From: Lama glama
Lineage: Eukaryota
Length of the DNA: 64,000 bases
Reading direction: 5' to 3'
Assembly: GCA_028534125.1 (NCBI GenBank)
Contig: CM052817.1
Location: 47,246,001-47,310,000, forward strand
Below, in pieces: positions 38,701 to 53,418 of this stretch. The notes beneath the pieces are model-generated. The model was given only the letters and a program-made list of their open reading frames with translations. It searched no databases and was not told where the DNA came from. Positions within the stretch are counted from its first letter, which is position 1. Every line of letters begins with the position of its first letter. Position numbers and translations under genes: made by a program.

Positions 38701-41700
38701 ATTTTTTATTTACTCAGAATTTCAGTATATTTAATATACCCACAGGTCAGTGGGCTGTTGTATCAGAATTGATCATTCTCATAGCTTGTATGGATTTTTC
38801 ATGAAATTATACAACAAATATTTAGGTTTTTCCTTGACTCTAGGAAATTAAATGTAGAGTATCAGCTAGAGGGATTATTTAAAATACATACATACATACA
38901 TACATAATACAGGAATGACAAATTCCAAACCACCACTGAATGTTTTTCTGTCTTTCTGAGCATGGTAAAATGTTTAGTATTAGAAAATGTATTTGACAGA
39001 TATCTCTGATCTTCAGCCATCCTGTGTTTGTTGCACTGCTCTCCAACAGGGATCGTGAAAGTCATGATTAATCATACAGTAGCGAATGTAGTGTGGAAGC
39101 CTTTTGTGGAGGAGATACTCTGCACATCTTAAGTCTTCAGGATTTCTCTGCAGTTCTATTTTGAATTTGTTTGATGAAACTCATTGGTCCTATTTCCTGG
39201 ATCTCTCACTAAAGAACATTTACCAGAGAATCTCTCTGAATATGTCAAAACCAGTTTACTGCAATTGAAAACTGTATTTTTCAAGAGAGAAAAAAAGTGT
39301 ATGTTCTTTAAGAATATTACTATGAGTGAGAGCTGAAATTTGAATATTAAATCTTTGTTTGAATTGTTTATTCATATTTTATACTTTTGATTCATTAAAG
39401 TATAGTACTTGTTTACTTACACCTCAAATCCTATGTTGAAATTCAGAAAGCATTTTAATGATGATGTTTTTTCACACTATATATTTCCTTCTCAGAAAAA
39501 AAAGACACCATAGAAAGCAAGTGTCTGCGTTATTAGCAGCAGCAGCAGAGAAAGAAGAGTAAGAATTTAGATTTGTTTCCAAAACTGTAAAGCTTTTAAG
39601 TGTAATAGAATACCAGAAAGGAGATTGGTAGGACCTTGATTCTGCTCCACGTTGTGCCCCTTCAGCTCTGCCTAATATTTTTAGAGTCTCTGCTTGTCCT
39701 CATTAAAGCTTTCCTGATAGAGCAGAAGTGAGGACAACAGGTCACAATTTGGAGTTTGCCTTCCAAGTACTGTATTTGTGTTCCTCCTATACTAAGCTGT
39801 ATGTCATCAAATTTATCAGAATAATCAGGCACCCTGCTAACAAGGAGTTTCTATGTCTCAGACTCTGACCCAGAATGGTGTATATATATACATATAGAGA
39901 ATCGAACATGGTTGTTCAGTAAAGTATCGGTTTCGTTGATAATGGATTGACAGTAATAATAACAATAAAATAGCTATAAGAACAGCTGATACTTGTTCAG
40001 TGCTTCCTGTGACATGCCATGCATTTTGCATGGATTAGCTTACTCATCCACACAGTAGCCCAATAAATTAGATGTTACGATTATCCATATTTAAGGCAGG
40101 CTTAACTATTAAATTTATCTATTCTACTATAAAACAGCTTATTAACAGATAATAATTTTAATGATGATCCAGGGTTTGAGTAGTCATTCCAAGTACAAAA
40201 GCATAAGCAGACTAAATAACATTTAGGGTGCTACTGAAAAATAGAACTCTGATGTCTTTTTTTTAATATCCCTTATTCTCAGACAAAGGTCTGTTTAAGA
40301 GCCTTTGAAACCTATTGAAAACAATAGGTTACGTCACAATAGATTTAGACAAAATAGATAAATTCATATTTATCACAGATTTTAAAAAAGTCAAACACTT
40401 CAAATTCTTTCTCTCTCTTACTCTCTGTTCTTTTCTTTGTCTCTGTGTCTCTTAGTCTCTCTGTTTCTTTGTATCTCTCACTATCAGTTTTCCCTCCTCT
40501 CTCAGACTCTCTCCAATCTCTCTGTACACATTCCTGAGTACATTACTTAATGTGTCTAAGCCTCAATTTCCACATCTACAAGAGCAAGGATGATAATATA
40601 CTTCATAGTGTCTATTAGAAACTGAGGTTTTTTTTTTTTTACTTTAGGAAAAAGTTTAATGGTTTAACTGCCAGGACAGCGTGAACAGCTGTGATCACAA
40701 TGTATAGGAGTAAATAAAGTAATTACTGTGTCTTTGCCTTGACTTTAAATGCTTTTTGAGGGTCATGTCCTTGGTGAAGTGTCTTTCTTTAATCTAAAAT
40801 TCATGTTTGTTCCCTCATTTCAAGAATATCTCAACTGTCAATGTTAGATTGAGGTCTTATTTGCCAGAAAGTTGAGAAATTTAGGAGTGGGGGATGGGTT
40901 TTCACGTTGTTTTTCTCTTTCTCTGTGTTGATGGTTTGGTATTTTTGCCTTTTTAAAATCTGTGTGTTTAATAAAGCTACTTTGACTTTCTCTAAAGCCA
41001 TTAGGTTTTGAAATACTTTACTCTCAAATGAGGTGCTTTTTTTATCCCCTAGGCTATTATTTGAGTAAAGTTAGTATTCAAATAATATGTATGAACTTAG
41101 AACGATGGGCATGAGGTTTCAAGAGGGTATCACCTTCTTTTTCCCTTGTCAGAAAATTTAGGAATTGAATTTGATAATACAAGTGAAATATTACCCAGAA
41201 TGCTTCTTACATAATACATTATTTTCCATTTCCTTCACTCAATCTCCTGATGATAAAGCATTTAGAAATCCTATGCTCTTTGGATGTTCATCTTTTAAAA
41301 AGTCAAGTGGGCCTCAAATGGCAGTTTTTGTATAATATACTCATTACCGGGAAACAGAAGCAATTTCATAATAGATGCTGTAGGTTATAAAAGAACTGTT
41401 AAATATTTAATAATATTTCAAAATACTAAGTGATAATACATATAAACAACTTGGCAGTGAGATGACGTTATATAAAATTATACTGACATAGTAAAGTGCT
41501 GAATTATACGCGGCCGATAAGGGAGCAAGATAGTATACAAGGTGCTAATTATTCTGCAGGAATTAAGAAGAAGTTTAAGGAAATAAAGACCACTGAGGCC
41601 TTGGAGGCATTAGAGAAAGCCTTGAGCAGGTCCTGGAAGGATAGGCGCTCTATGAATATATAGGAAAGAGAAGGAGGGAATTCTAGACATGGAAGCACTT

Positions 41701-42139
41701 GAATTGAGGTACAAAACTAGGAATAGCTGTGTGTATTTGTATGCATATGTGACGTGCATGCACGAGGGCTGGGGCTGTCAGCCTGTCTTGATCACAAAGC
41801 TGTCATCAGTCAGCAGTGAGAAACCGGGTTGGATGGGTTTCCTGAGGCAGGATTATGCATTCCTGAACTGCAAGCCCAAGAGCAGTGTTTCATCACTGAC
41901 TTGGCGTGAAGGCTCTCAACAATTTCAGTTAATAATGTTGATTGGCCATAAGTCTCCAATTTGTGAGGGTGAATAAGGGGCCATTTTTTCCCCACTTATT
42001 TGTCTATTTCCCCCCAAAATTTCAAAGTGTTTTATTAGCATTGATTGTTTTTTTTCTACTAAAGGTAAAGTATATTTGTGCATTCATTCACCTACTCAGG
42101 CACCAAGTCGGAGATAATAGGAAGAAATTGAATTAAGAT

Positions 42140-42350
42140 CAAAATAATTATTGAGTACCTATTATGTGTCACACGCTGGGCTAAGTACTGAGGAGACAGC
42201 AGTGAATGAGCAATGCTATCCATGTCCCACAGAGGTTATAGTCTAACAGAAAACACAGGCATGAATTCAAGAAAAAAAGTGCAAGGACTTTGAGAGAACA
42301 GACATCTAGAGTGTTACAACCTAGTCTGGAGAAGAAGTGAAGACTCACGG
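42140..42350 (-). mobile_element. L2 3' end fragment
   Basis: attattgagtacctattatgtgtcacacgctgggctaagtactgaggagacagcagtgaa. Confidence 0.7.
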
Positions 42351-43594
42351 AGGAGTGAGAGACCTACCCTTTCCCACAACGGAGTCATACAACGGTTGAA
42401 CACATCTTCCCTGGTGCCTCATCGTTCACTTATGGGAGGTTAAGGACTTAGAGGCTTAGTGGGCCTCTATTTTTAAAAGTTTCTTTGCATCTTACTACTT
42501 GTTAGTGCTTTTGAGAAGAGGCAAATTTGTCAAGAAAACCAAACAGCTTTTAAGGGATGGTGACACGCGCATTCTGTAGGATTGACTTGGCAGGTGTTTC
42601 TGTCAGGTTCTTCTTCAGAGGTTGAAGCAGGGGCCACATTCAAGCCTTCAGACAGAATTCAGACACACAGAAGTTGCAAAATGTCATCACGCAAAACACC
42701 ACTCTCTGTGACCTGTTAATAGGTATTTCTTGGAAAAAAAAAAGGTGTGGGGGAGGGGAGGCTTTTCCTTGATTTCGTCAAGTTGGAAAACTCAGGATAA
42801 AAACAATGAGGATTTTTACACTCTGTAGTATGTTTATGTGTGTTGACTCTGGGAGTGGATTACGGAATGCAACATTTCCCAGAAGAGTTCGTTATGGGCC
42901 CTCGTAACAACCTGATACACCAGTGTGCATGCCTGGTGTAGGAAAGTCTGCAGTAAACCGTGGTGGCCTGAGCTCGATTATGGAGACATTTTTATTCCTT
43001 GACATCTCTGAGATCCAAATCAGTCTTTCCTCATTTTACACCCCTGACACGGGTCTTTGGCCTACAGCTGAAACCAGTCCCGGCTTGTCAAGGGAGCTGA
43101 CTGAAGCCAGACTGAGCGTTTTTTATCAAGGGATGCCACACACAAGCCTTTAGAAACTTAACTCTCAGGAAGTCCTTAAACACTACATCCAAAACAAATT
43201 AAATGCCTCATGCTCTAGCTTCAGTCATGTATTTCTTGTCCTGACCTCAGTGGAAATTGAGAGCAGCTGATAACTATTATATAATCATTCTCACATATTT
43301 GTTTACTGTTAGCAAATCACACTTGGTTGTTTCTTTTTAAATGATGAATTATCCTAGATCCCTTTAAATCTGTCACACTGAAACAAACATTTGTTTCATT
43401 TCTGGCAAATAATCCCACCCATGTCTGCCTGATGGTAGAACCCTGTTAGGAATGTAATTGTTCAGAAACTTTATAAAAACCTTCTGGGAAGAAATTTGCA
43501 TATTCCTGAAACACTTCCTTAGCTTTAAACTTCAGTCCATTTGTGAAATGGCCACTGAGTTTTGTGACTAACATTATTATTTTTACTCCTGAAT

Positions 43595-43767
43595 TAGGGT
43601 TGCCAGACAAAATAAAAGATGTCCAGTTAAATTTGAATTTTAGATAAACAATGATACTTCTTTTAGTATAAGTATGTCTCACATACTAAAAATTACCTAT
43701 TGTTTATCGGAAACTCAAATTTGACTAGCAATTCTGTACCTTTGTTCGCTGCTACCTTGAAACCCTA
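43595..43767. mobile_element. MER53-like palindromic MITE
   Basis: tagggttgccaga...aacccta termini; internal agataaacaat / attgtttatc symmetry. Confidence 0.8.
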
Positions 43768-44865
43768 AAGAAATACTTCGAGGCGCACTCATGTATATTA
43801 GCAACCATTCTTGTGTTTTCAGTTTAAAATAAGCCACATACCTTTTCTGCCTATATCGGAAGCAGAAAATATTCCAGAATACTTGAATAATACCTCTTGT
43901 TGGTTCTAATGTTGGCAACTGACTACTTATGTCAAGGTCTGAAAGAGTTTCTTACCTACCACAGTGGGGAGCTTAGAAATCATAAATTCCCTGGTGACCA
44001 TGTAATCCTAGATAAGTTCCTTAATTTCTCGAATGTCAGATTCCTCAACTGTTAATGGGGATAACAGTAACTACCTTATAGGCCTGCGGCAAGGATGAGA
44101 ATAATGTAATTTTTACAATGGGCCTGAAACAACACATGGGGCTTCCTTCTGCAACATCCCACAATATTGGTGTGGTGACAGTATGTGGTAGGTGTAGTCC
44201 TAGGCACCAGGGCGATAATCGTGAACTAGACAAAGTCCTAATAGATAATAAACAAGTAGAGAAACAAAGAAGCAAGGGGAGTTTGAATAACGGTAAGACC
44301 TAGGCAAAGAAATTGACTGAGTAAATAAACAAAAGGGCCATTAGATGAGGGCATACTGCTTAGAGCACAGGATGAGGGAGGCTCGCCAGGATTGCCCTGG
44401 TGGCCCTGAGGAGACCTGTGTGTAGGGCATTCCAGGCGGGAGTTCTAAATGCGAAGGCAGAGAGAGCTTGGGAGAGAGCCTACTTCTTGGGAGTAAGAGA
44501 CAAACAGTAGGGCCAGGGTATGAATGAGAAGCAGATTTCTAGAACCGTGTTTCTCAAATTATCTGTGATGAAGGGAAATTTTTTTTTGCAATACGTTTAT
44601 AAAATACAAGAAAAATTACCATTAAAATGAAATGAAGAAAACCACATATAAAATATAAGCCCGTATTTCTTAGTTAGATTCAGCAGCATAAAAGCATATT
44701 TCAATTAGTAATATCATAACAAACATAACAGAAAAAAAAGAATTACAAAAATGATTACACATTCATTGGAAGCATTCATATAGGCAATTAATACAGCCTG
44801 TCCAGTTAGCTTTGCCCACCAATCATACAAGTGAACATGGTAGAACATCACACACCAGGTGAGTT

Positions 44866-45018
44866 TCTTTTTCTTTCTTTTTTTAAAATTTTGTTGGAGG
44901 GAGGTAATTAGGTTCATTTATTTAAAAAAAATCTTTTTTAATGGAGGTACTGAGGATTGAACTCAAGACTGCATGCATGCTAAGCATGCGCTCTACCACT
45001 GAGCTGCACCCTCCCCCT
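44866..45018 (-). mobile_element. Camelid tRNA-derived SINE (Vic-1 type)
   Basis: aatggaggtactgaggattgaactc...gcatgctaagcatgcgctctaccactgagctgcaccctcccc. Confidence 0.9.
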
Positions 45019-48000
45019 GCTATGCGAGTTCCTTGACCTCACTTTTGCAGGTAGGTGTTGGTGCATGGACCACACTTTGCATAAGTGGAGAATTGTTCTA
45101 GTCAGAGAAAGACTGAGGTCAAAATGGCCTCAATTATTAGAAGTTAACATTACTAGAAGTTCAGATTTAATTCCAAGTGCTAGCCAGATAATAAGTTAAT
45201 AATATTATGAAGAATGCTAATGAAGATTGGCCTTTCAAGTCAGCTGTGAAGGAGATGTGATTCTCTTGATCCTAAGCTGCCCAGAAGCTTAGATCTGGGC
45301 AAGGTGAGTTCATTATAAAAAATGTCCAGTCTTCAAAGATTCCCACCACTGCCATAGCACCAGGTGGTTCTACCTTTCAGTGGCCTGCTAGAAAGAGATT
45401 GAAATGGGGAGACAAGATAACTCAATTTTAGTCTGACTAGTAGCAAGGCTTGGGCAAGTTTCTTAACATTTCCAGGTCCTAGAGTTTTCTCACTCGTAAA
45501 AAACAGGATGGAGGTCTAGGTCATATCTCAGGTACTTCTGAATTCTAAAATGTTATAAATCTCGGGTTCCTATTGTGTCTTTTTTCATCAATAGAATAAA
45601 CTTCAGAAAGAAAAGAAGTTGCTAAATTAAAATCAAATTAATAAAAATAATTTCCATCAAACTTTTTAATCAAAACAAAGTGGTTTAAAACAAATAATAA
45701 TTTGATTTTAGTGAAATGAAACTGCTAGAAAATATTTGAATAGCTAACATTTCTAATATTTACCATATCTTGTCTCTGCACTGGATTTGCTGTCTTACTA
45801 GGAAAGGGTTTCCAGCATACTCTGGTCAAGCTGTTTATAGGTTCAAAAATTAGTATTCATTCACTTTCTAACTCTTTTATTCTTACTTTAGTCCTCTTTA
45901 CCATAATTCAAACTTCAGGTTTATTGATTTCTATAGAGATACTCTGAGTAGGGAGGTGCCAAAAATAATAAGCATTCCCTTCCTAGAATATTTTAAATGT
46001 AAATTTTGAAGTGATGCAAATAGAGATATTCTTGAAATTATCCCTTTGTCAATTAAATATTTATCGAATGCTTTAAATACTGGAATAATATACAAATAAA
46101 TGGTACCCAACCATACCCATGAGATTATGATTTATTTGGGGAGAAACATTCAATTTAATGGGTAAGATTCTTTAATTGAGAAAAGTCCAAGTGCTATGAG
46201 AACTCTAGGGCTGGAATGGCTAACTTCCTGGGAGAGGTAGAACAAAAGTGTTTGGGGACACTAGAATGAGATCTTGAAGAATGACAGGATATTTCTGCCC
46301 AGGGAAAATGTTTTTGCACAGGTACAGGAGGGAGAAAGCTGAGTGGAGAAGGCGGGTATTTCTGTGAGGCATTTGGAGGCAACAGGCATGGGCTGCTGGC
46401 ATATTTTGAAGTTCACTACCATGTTATCAAATTTGGAAATTATTCTGTAATAAATGACAATACATTTTAGAGGTTTAAGCACGGAAATGAGAAGAATCAT
46501 TGTCAAGCCAATAGTGTCAGGCATTTTACCAATGTTACTTCAGTTAATTGTGATCATTCCTAGCTCACAAAATGAAGGAACCGAGACTCAAAGAGATTAG
46601 TTCACTTCCCCAAAGAGCTAGTAAGTGGCAGGGCTGGCACTTGGATCTAATTGTTTGACTTCAGAGTTCCCAAAGCCAGGCATTTTACCCTCAGCCCCAG
46701 GACTCCAGAGGGGGCGGACGTGTCCCTGGTGGGAAAAGTTCTCATGCGTCTCGGCTCCCAGGCCACCCAACTTCCAATGCTGCCTTCAAAAGTTTCTCCC
46801 CAGGGCATTTTCTGCGCAAGGGGCTGGGAATTTACCTAACCTCAGAAAGCAGTGCCCCTCCTTATCAACCGTGGCCTCACGGGGTCTGCCTTCAGGCTTT
46901 TCATCCCATTCCGGCAGGTCTGGCAGAGTAGTTCACAGGCTACACGGACAAACTTAATTAAATTCAAGTGAGTGTTGTTACGAAGACCTGACAGGCACAG
47001 TTGTGTGCAGTTGAATAATTGAGTTGTGCTGTGGCTTTTTTTTTCCTTCCCTTTGCCTTCTTGGTGGCAGGCTTTTTTGGGGGGTTTTGTTTTGTTTTCT
47101 TTGGGTTTCTAAAGATGACCCTGACACTTTTCATAAAGCTGTTTTCTAGTAGGAACGCCCTCCATCAAAGAGACGCAGTTTGGTTGCCAGGCTACCGTGA
47201 GAAAAGAGAACTTCGATTCCACAATGCCGACCTTTTCTTGGAGTATCCAGGGTCTATACTTGCTCAGTACAAAAGTACCTCCCATAGACCTCACAGCTAG
47301 AACTCCACAGTGTCACTACCTGAACCCCAGACTGTCAGACTGGAAGGCAGCCTCGCCTGGACTAAGCTCACAGCTAGGATCGAAAAACAAACCGTAGCAA
47401 ATCGGTAGTGAGGAAAAGAAAAGGTCATTTAGCGATTCGTTTAAAAAAAACACTCATAATAAGCACAGATGAAACCAATTAAGGAGTACTTTTTCTATGC
47501 AGTCCTCTGGCACAGGAGAAGAATGATGCCTGGGTGACAGAAAGAGGCAGCAAAGGTTTTGCAACTGATTTGCTTACACAGGTTTGGGGGTGGGTGGCTT
47601 GTAGTCTGTGCCTAGATGGAATGAGCCTTTTCTACCTCAGATTTGGGCTTTCAGGTTGTTTTTGTTTTTGTTTTGTTTTTTGGATTTTTTTGATAATCAT
47701 TTTTTCTGCTGGCTGTTTATCACACAGCTTACAACTCTGGGGTTCCTCAGTTCCTTCTTACCTATTGGCGGTCAGGAGTCATCCAGTCTTTGTATTAATT
47801 TCTAGTATGAACTATAAAACAGATATAAATGACAACGGCTATTTTAAAAATTTCTGTTCTTGACATGTGAATCACTGAAAGAATATGGACTGGTAGAAAT
47901 TTTTAGTTTTTAATCAGTGTATACGTTTTTAGATGGGGCTTTTGGCTTGAAAATACTTGAATGTATTTCACTACAGTAAGTCATGCTGTTGTCCAAAGTC

Positions 48001-49559
48001 ATTTGAGTGTTTATAAATTAGATGTGCACAATACATTGTTTTCTTCTTTTTAAAATATTTTAATCTCATAACTTCTTCCACTCTGATAATGGTAAGGAAC
48101 TCAGCAGTTCACAAAATGCTATATTTTACACAGATTATTTTAAAATCATTTTATCTTCTCCAATTCCTGTGATACAGATTAGGGTAGATGTTGTTATCTA
48201 CATGTTACACACGATAAAATAGAGCTTAACTCACTGTTCCAGACCACACGCTATCTTTGCCAAAACTAGATTGTTTCTCAAAGAAGTTTCCTGATTCTTG
48301 TGCTAGAGGGGGTAGGGGGGAAATTCTGACTCTCAGGGACTCCTTTCCATCCTCTGCTTATTTATTTATTTAGTGGTTTTAGAAAGGTTCCTTCTCTCCT
48401 TCTCTGGACCTCTGAAGACCTTTGGGTTCTCAGGACAACTTTCTAAAATAATACAAGCTATGATCATTACTGGCCAGAGATGAATTCTTCTATAGGTCTC
48501 TATGGTTTTCCCTCTTCAATCAGAGAATATTCTATAAAGTTTTAACTATTAATTTTAAAAAGGATCAAAAAGTGGTCAGTTGATTCATTTGCAATTCAGT
48601 CAAAGCTACTGTGGTGGAAATCCTCTGAATCTATAGATTAAATCTGTAGAATCAACAAAATATTTAATGAACAGCTAATGTATACCAGACATTGTTCTGA
48701 AAGATGGAGCTCTAGCAGTAAACAAAGAAATTACGTGCTCTCCTAAATTGGCAGAGGTCAGTTTCAAACAAACACGTGAGGTCAGGGCTCCAAAAGTTAC
48801 ACCTGACAGTCCTTGGTTGCTGTTGGCACACTTTTTAAAACGTCTGCAGGTGATTCTGATGTGCTACTATTTGTATTTGGAATGTAGCACAAAGCTTTCC
48901 CCTCATAGTAGGGGACATTATTTTGTTTAAAATGGTCTGTAGAGTTTTGGGATGTAAATGTAAATATTCCGTTTATAAATATCAATCAGAAAATACTGTA
49001 CTGACAAATTCATAAAATCTGTGAAGTTTGGACATAAAGATCAGTAGGCATTCTTCTGGGAAAATTTTACCTGAGGAGACATTTTATGGAAAATGTCTAT
49101 ATTTGAAACAGGGAATTTAATCCATGGAGTTGGTTAAACAGATGAGGGAGGGGCAGAGAAGCCAAACAGAGGTCACTGAGCCAGAAATTAGCAACAACAC
49201 GCTGGGGAACCCTTGACTGGAGGAGAGAGGGAGAAGGTTCAGGGGGACCCAGGCCACACAGCAGAGTGGGAACCCTGGTGGGTCAGTCTAGTAGGAGCTG
49301 GAGACCTGAGTGAAGATGCTGCCCATGGCAAAATGAGGCGGTGATCTCCTGCTTTCTCCCTTCCTCCCATCCTCCAGTATCCTACCAGTGCTTTTCACTG
49401 GCCAGTCCCCAGCAAGTCAGTTGACAAGGGAGTTTGAGAAACACCGGCTGCAGGAATCAGACCCCTTAGGATGTAGAGGAGAGCAGACAAAGAGAAGAAT
49501 TGAATCTAATGGACACCGACCCAGGACCAGCACTTTTAATGACTTTTCTTTGTTCAGAG

Positions 49560-49745
49560 AGGGCTTTGGAACCAAACTGCTTGGACTCAAATCCTGGCTT
49601 TGCTGCTAATTCTGTGTGTAATCTTGGGCAAGTTACTTAATCTCTCAAAGTCTCATCTTCCTCACCTGTAAAATGAAAACAAAGTAGGAATGACATTATA
49701 TAACTTACATATCGTGGGGAAGATTAAATGAAATAATGTATTTAG
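49560..49745 (+). mobile_element. MIR SINE
   Basis: ggctttggaacc...tcaaatcctggct...cttgggcaagttacttaatctctc...ctgtaaaatg. Confidence 0.8.
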
Positions 49746-49917
49746 GGAGTTATTGTAATCTTTATTATTGTGCACAAGGCATTGTACTAGGTGATGTGAG
49801 AAATGTAACAAAGCCATTACCACCTCAAAGTCATGTGTAATTTATTTTGGGAAGGAAGCACATTGACAGAGCACATAAGGGACTGTACCATCCAGGGGGA
49901 GGAGTGAATGTTGCATG

Positions 49918-50225
49918 CAGGCGTACCTTGTTTTATTGTGCTTCACAGCTATTGCTTTTTTTTTGCAAATTCAAGGATTGTGGCAACCCTGCATTGTCTG
50001 ATGATGGTTAGCATTTTTTAGCAGTAGAGTGTTTTTAAATTAAGGTGTGTACATGGTTTTTTTCAGACATGATGCTGTTGCACACTTACTAGACTACTCT
50101 ATAGTGTAAATGTAACTTTTATATGCACTGGGAAACAAAAAAAATCATGTGACCCACTTTATTGCAATACTTGTTTTATTGCAGTGGTCTAGAACCAAAC
50201 CTGCAATGTCTCCAAGGTATGCCTT
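49918..50225 (+). mobile_element. Tigger1-derived non-autonomous TcMar element
   Basis: TIRs caggcgtacctt / aaggtatgcct; internal tgtggcaaccctgc and gatgatggttagcatttttt. Confidence 0.85.
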
Positions 50226-51039
50226 GGTTAACTAAGTATGGAACCACTACATTCAGCTTCCAAGTTGCAAATTGAAATGGATGATATTGTGTGAAATTAC
50301 TTTTAATTTCCAGTAGTATGATTAATGTTTAAATGTCCTAACTAGATTTGTGAGCAAGAGAGCAGTTTGTCTGTTATATTTATTTATTTTTGGATTATAA
50401 AAGTAATATTATTCATTGTAGGTAATTACAATGATACAGAATGATACAAAGAAGAGAACAATAGTTATTGGTAATTTTAATATTCAGAGATGGTCACATA
50501 ATATTTGATATATTTTCTACCAGTCCTCTTTAGTGAATGTATATAATGTATATAGACAGTCTTTCACTTATAAAACTTAAAAATTAATTACGTATAACTT
50601 TAAATTCTAATATTTTTTCATTACTGCATTGGAAAGATTTCTATATATTGTTAAATATAATTTACAAAAACAATTTTTGTTTATATAACATTGTATATTA
50701 TATCTGAATCTTAATTTTATCTGTTTTCTTATATTTGGACGTTTGATGAATTTTCAGTTTTTTCACAATTAGCAATAGTGATGAAGTGGTGTCACTCTAA
50801 ACCAGGGAGGTCAAATTCAAATGCCTGCAGGGTCTAGTCGAGTCCTCCAAAGCCATTAAGTATGGGACAATGTGGAGTGGTGGGGTCTGTGGTAGACCCT
50901 GGAGAATTCATGCTCCATGGGAGGGCATTCAAACCACAGCCACCAAAACAACAACAATAGACAGGGGCAGGATTTGACATTTGGATTTCTAGTTTGGGAC
51001 TTCTGGACATTTATTAACATTTTCCAGAAAAGTACCTGT

Positions 51040-51450
51040 GGGAAACTGAATGCTTGGCCCAATTCTTCTTCACTGAATCCATGACCCTGTGGTGGCTTCA
51101 TTTTGGATGGAGCATACGTCCCTACTCTTTGACTCACAGTGGGTCTTATGCTTCGCTTTGGCTTATGGTCTGTGTCGAGTCTCAGCCCGGGTCCCAAGGA
51201 GTCTAGCACATTTCCCCTTGCCCTTCTGTGCCTCTGCTTTTACTATGAGAAAAACTTGCTCTGGCTAGCCCTCTGGTTTCAGGAGAAGAATGAGACACAC
51301 ATTAGAGGAGGCCACACCAGCAGGAATTTCAGTATGAAGCAGAGCCATCTCTGCTGCCCCAGAAACCCATAGTGAGAAATAAATGCTTATTTTTAAAAAC
51401 CACTGAAATCTTAAAGGTGTTCACTATGCACCAATAGTCGAACAATAAAA
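51040..51450 (+). mobile_element. Old MLT1-family LTR remnant
   Basis: ctatgagaaaaacttgctctggctagcc...gtgagaaataaatgcttatt...ccactgaaat. Confidence 0.6.
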
Positions 51451-52539
51451 TATCAAATTGTTTTTGAGAAAAATACAGATTTGCGTTCCATTAGCATTGC
51501 GTGAGATAAAAATATCTCATGATTTGAATTTACATTTTGAATTCATTAAAATTTCACTGTTAATTTCACATACTTATTAATCATTTATATTATTCCTTTT
51601 GATCATGTCCTTTGACAGTTAGTCTACTATAGCTTTATTTGTTTGTAGGAGCTGGGCTCCTGACATGATACATTAGAAGTCTAAGTCTTCATTCATTCAT
51701 TCAGCAAATCTTCTATGTCAGGCACTGTTCTTAATCTGTAGTCCTTGTTAACAACTTTTTCCCCAAACTGCTATTTACTTCTTAATTTTAGTCTAAGATT
51801 ATTTTTACCACATATGATCAAATTTTTGCTTCCCTGTTTTTTTCTTTGTATTTAATGCATAGGCATCAGAAAATGAATTTTTAATCTTAGTTTCTCACTC
51901 TGCTTCTTTTGCAAGTCTCTTTTCTGTGACGCTCTGCCTTTCGTCCTCCTACTTTGCCTGATTTTTTTCTCCTTTCTGTCTGTTTTCTTACCCTTTCTGA
52001 TTTTTTTATTTTCTAACACTTTCTTTTTCCTATAACTCTAAATATAAGCACATATAAAAGTCAAAAAATTTTTAAATTTTAATCTATTACTGCAAATTTG
52101 AATTTTCTGCACATACTGTATGAATAAAGCAATTAAGTATTACTTTTCATTTCTCATTAAAACTTAACTACATTAAGTTACTCTTAATTACTTATGGCTC
52201 TAAATTAATTTTTTAGATGCATATATCTCCCAGCTGAAAATCATTCAAAGCTAAACAATGATTCAGTTCTATAAATATGTAATTTCTATTATGTGCTCCA
52301 TGGCTCATGAGGTCCTCATTAGAAATACTGTAATAAAACAAAAATTGGAGTAAAGAGATCTATCATGATCACAAAATAAATATAATACAGTATAGAATAT
52401 GGCAATTGCCACAGAAGAGGTACAAAAATATGCATTGGTGATTTAAAGAAGGGAGAAGTCGCAGCCAATCTGAGAGATGAAATATATATCTGTGATGGGA
52501 AGCTATTTGAGATAAACTTTGAAAATGATTCAGTTACAT

Positions 52540-53065
52540 CTGTTAGTTTTACCTGCTCAGAAACCATTTCCTTGTCTTCTGATATCATTAACTTGCTTTT
52601 CCTCTAGTGACAACCTATCTTCCATTCTCAGGCTGTGTAGTTGGGTGGGGCTGATCCCATCCTTATTTCATGATTTGCATGTGCCCCAAACCTGACCAAT
52701 CAGGTAATAAATGATTATTACCTTGAAGATACATGACCCAGCGCAGTGGAAAGGCATTTTCTTAATATTAGGGCTGCTGAACTTAGAGCTATAGAAGGTT
52801 ACTACATGGAGAGATCTTGAAAGTAAACTGAAACCAACACAAAGGAGAGACGAGGTGAGAGATGAAGAGAGAGATGAAGGGGGGCAGAGAGAGAGAAAGG
52901 TAGAATGAGAATGACTCTCACATCTTGATAACATGATCAAAGCCTCCACAACCAACTGTTTCTCCAGGTGACATCTAGACTTTTCAGCTTCACAGTCAGT
53001 AAATGTCTTTTTGCTTATGCTTTCTTGAATTAGATTTTAGTTATTTAATAATAAAAGAGTCCTAC
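52540..53065 (+). mobile_element. Old MLT1-family LTR remnant
   Basis: tgaccaatcag, gacttttcagc...gtcagtaaatgtc...aaaagagtcctact. Confidence 0.55.
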
Positions 53066-53418
53066 TGGGCAGGAATGGGGGACAGGGAGCTATATTAGGA
53101 GCAAACAACATGAGCCTCTGCTGATGAGGGTGGTAAACAGTGGAAGCTTTGTTGGGGAAGAGCAGTCATTTAAAATGAAAAGACTGAATTGCATATATAA
53201 ATATATAATATATATGTATATGTATGTGAATAATGTAATATATACATATATACATAAACAATGGAAAAGAAGTTGGGAAATTATAGTGGATTTTGCATGA
53301 GGAGCTGAAAAGTATATGCTTAGTTGTCTGGGTCATCATTGTCAAATAGAAATATAATGTGAATTGCAAATGTAATTTTAAATTTCCATTACTCACTTAA
53401 TAAAGGTGAAATTAATTT

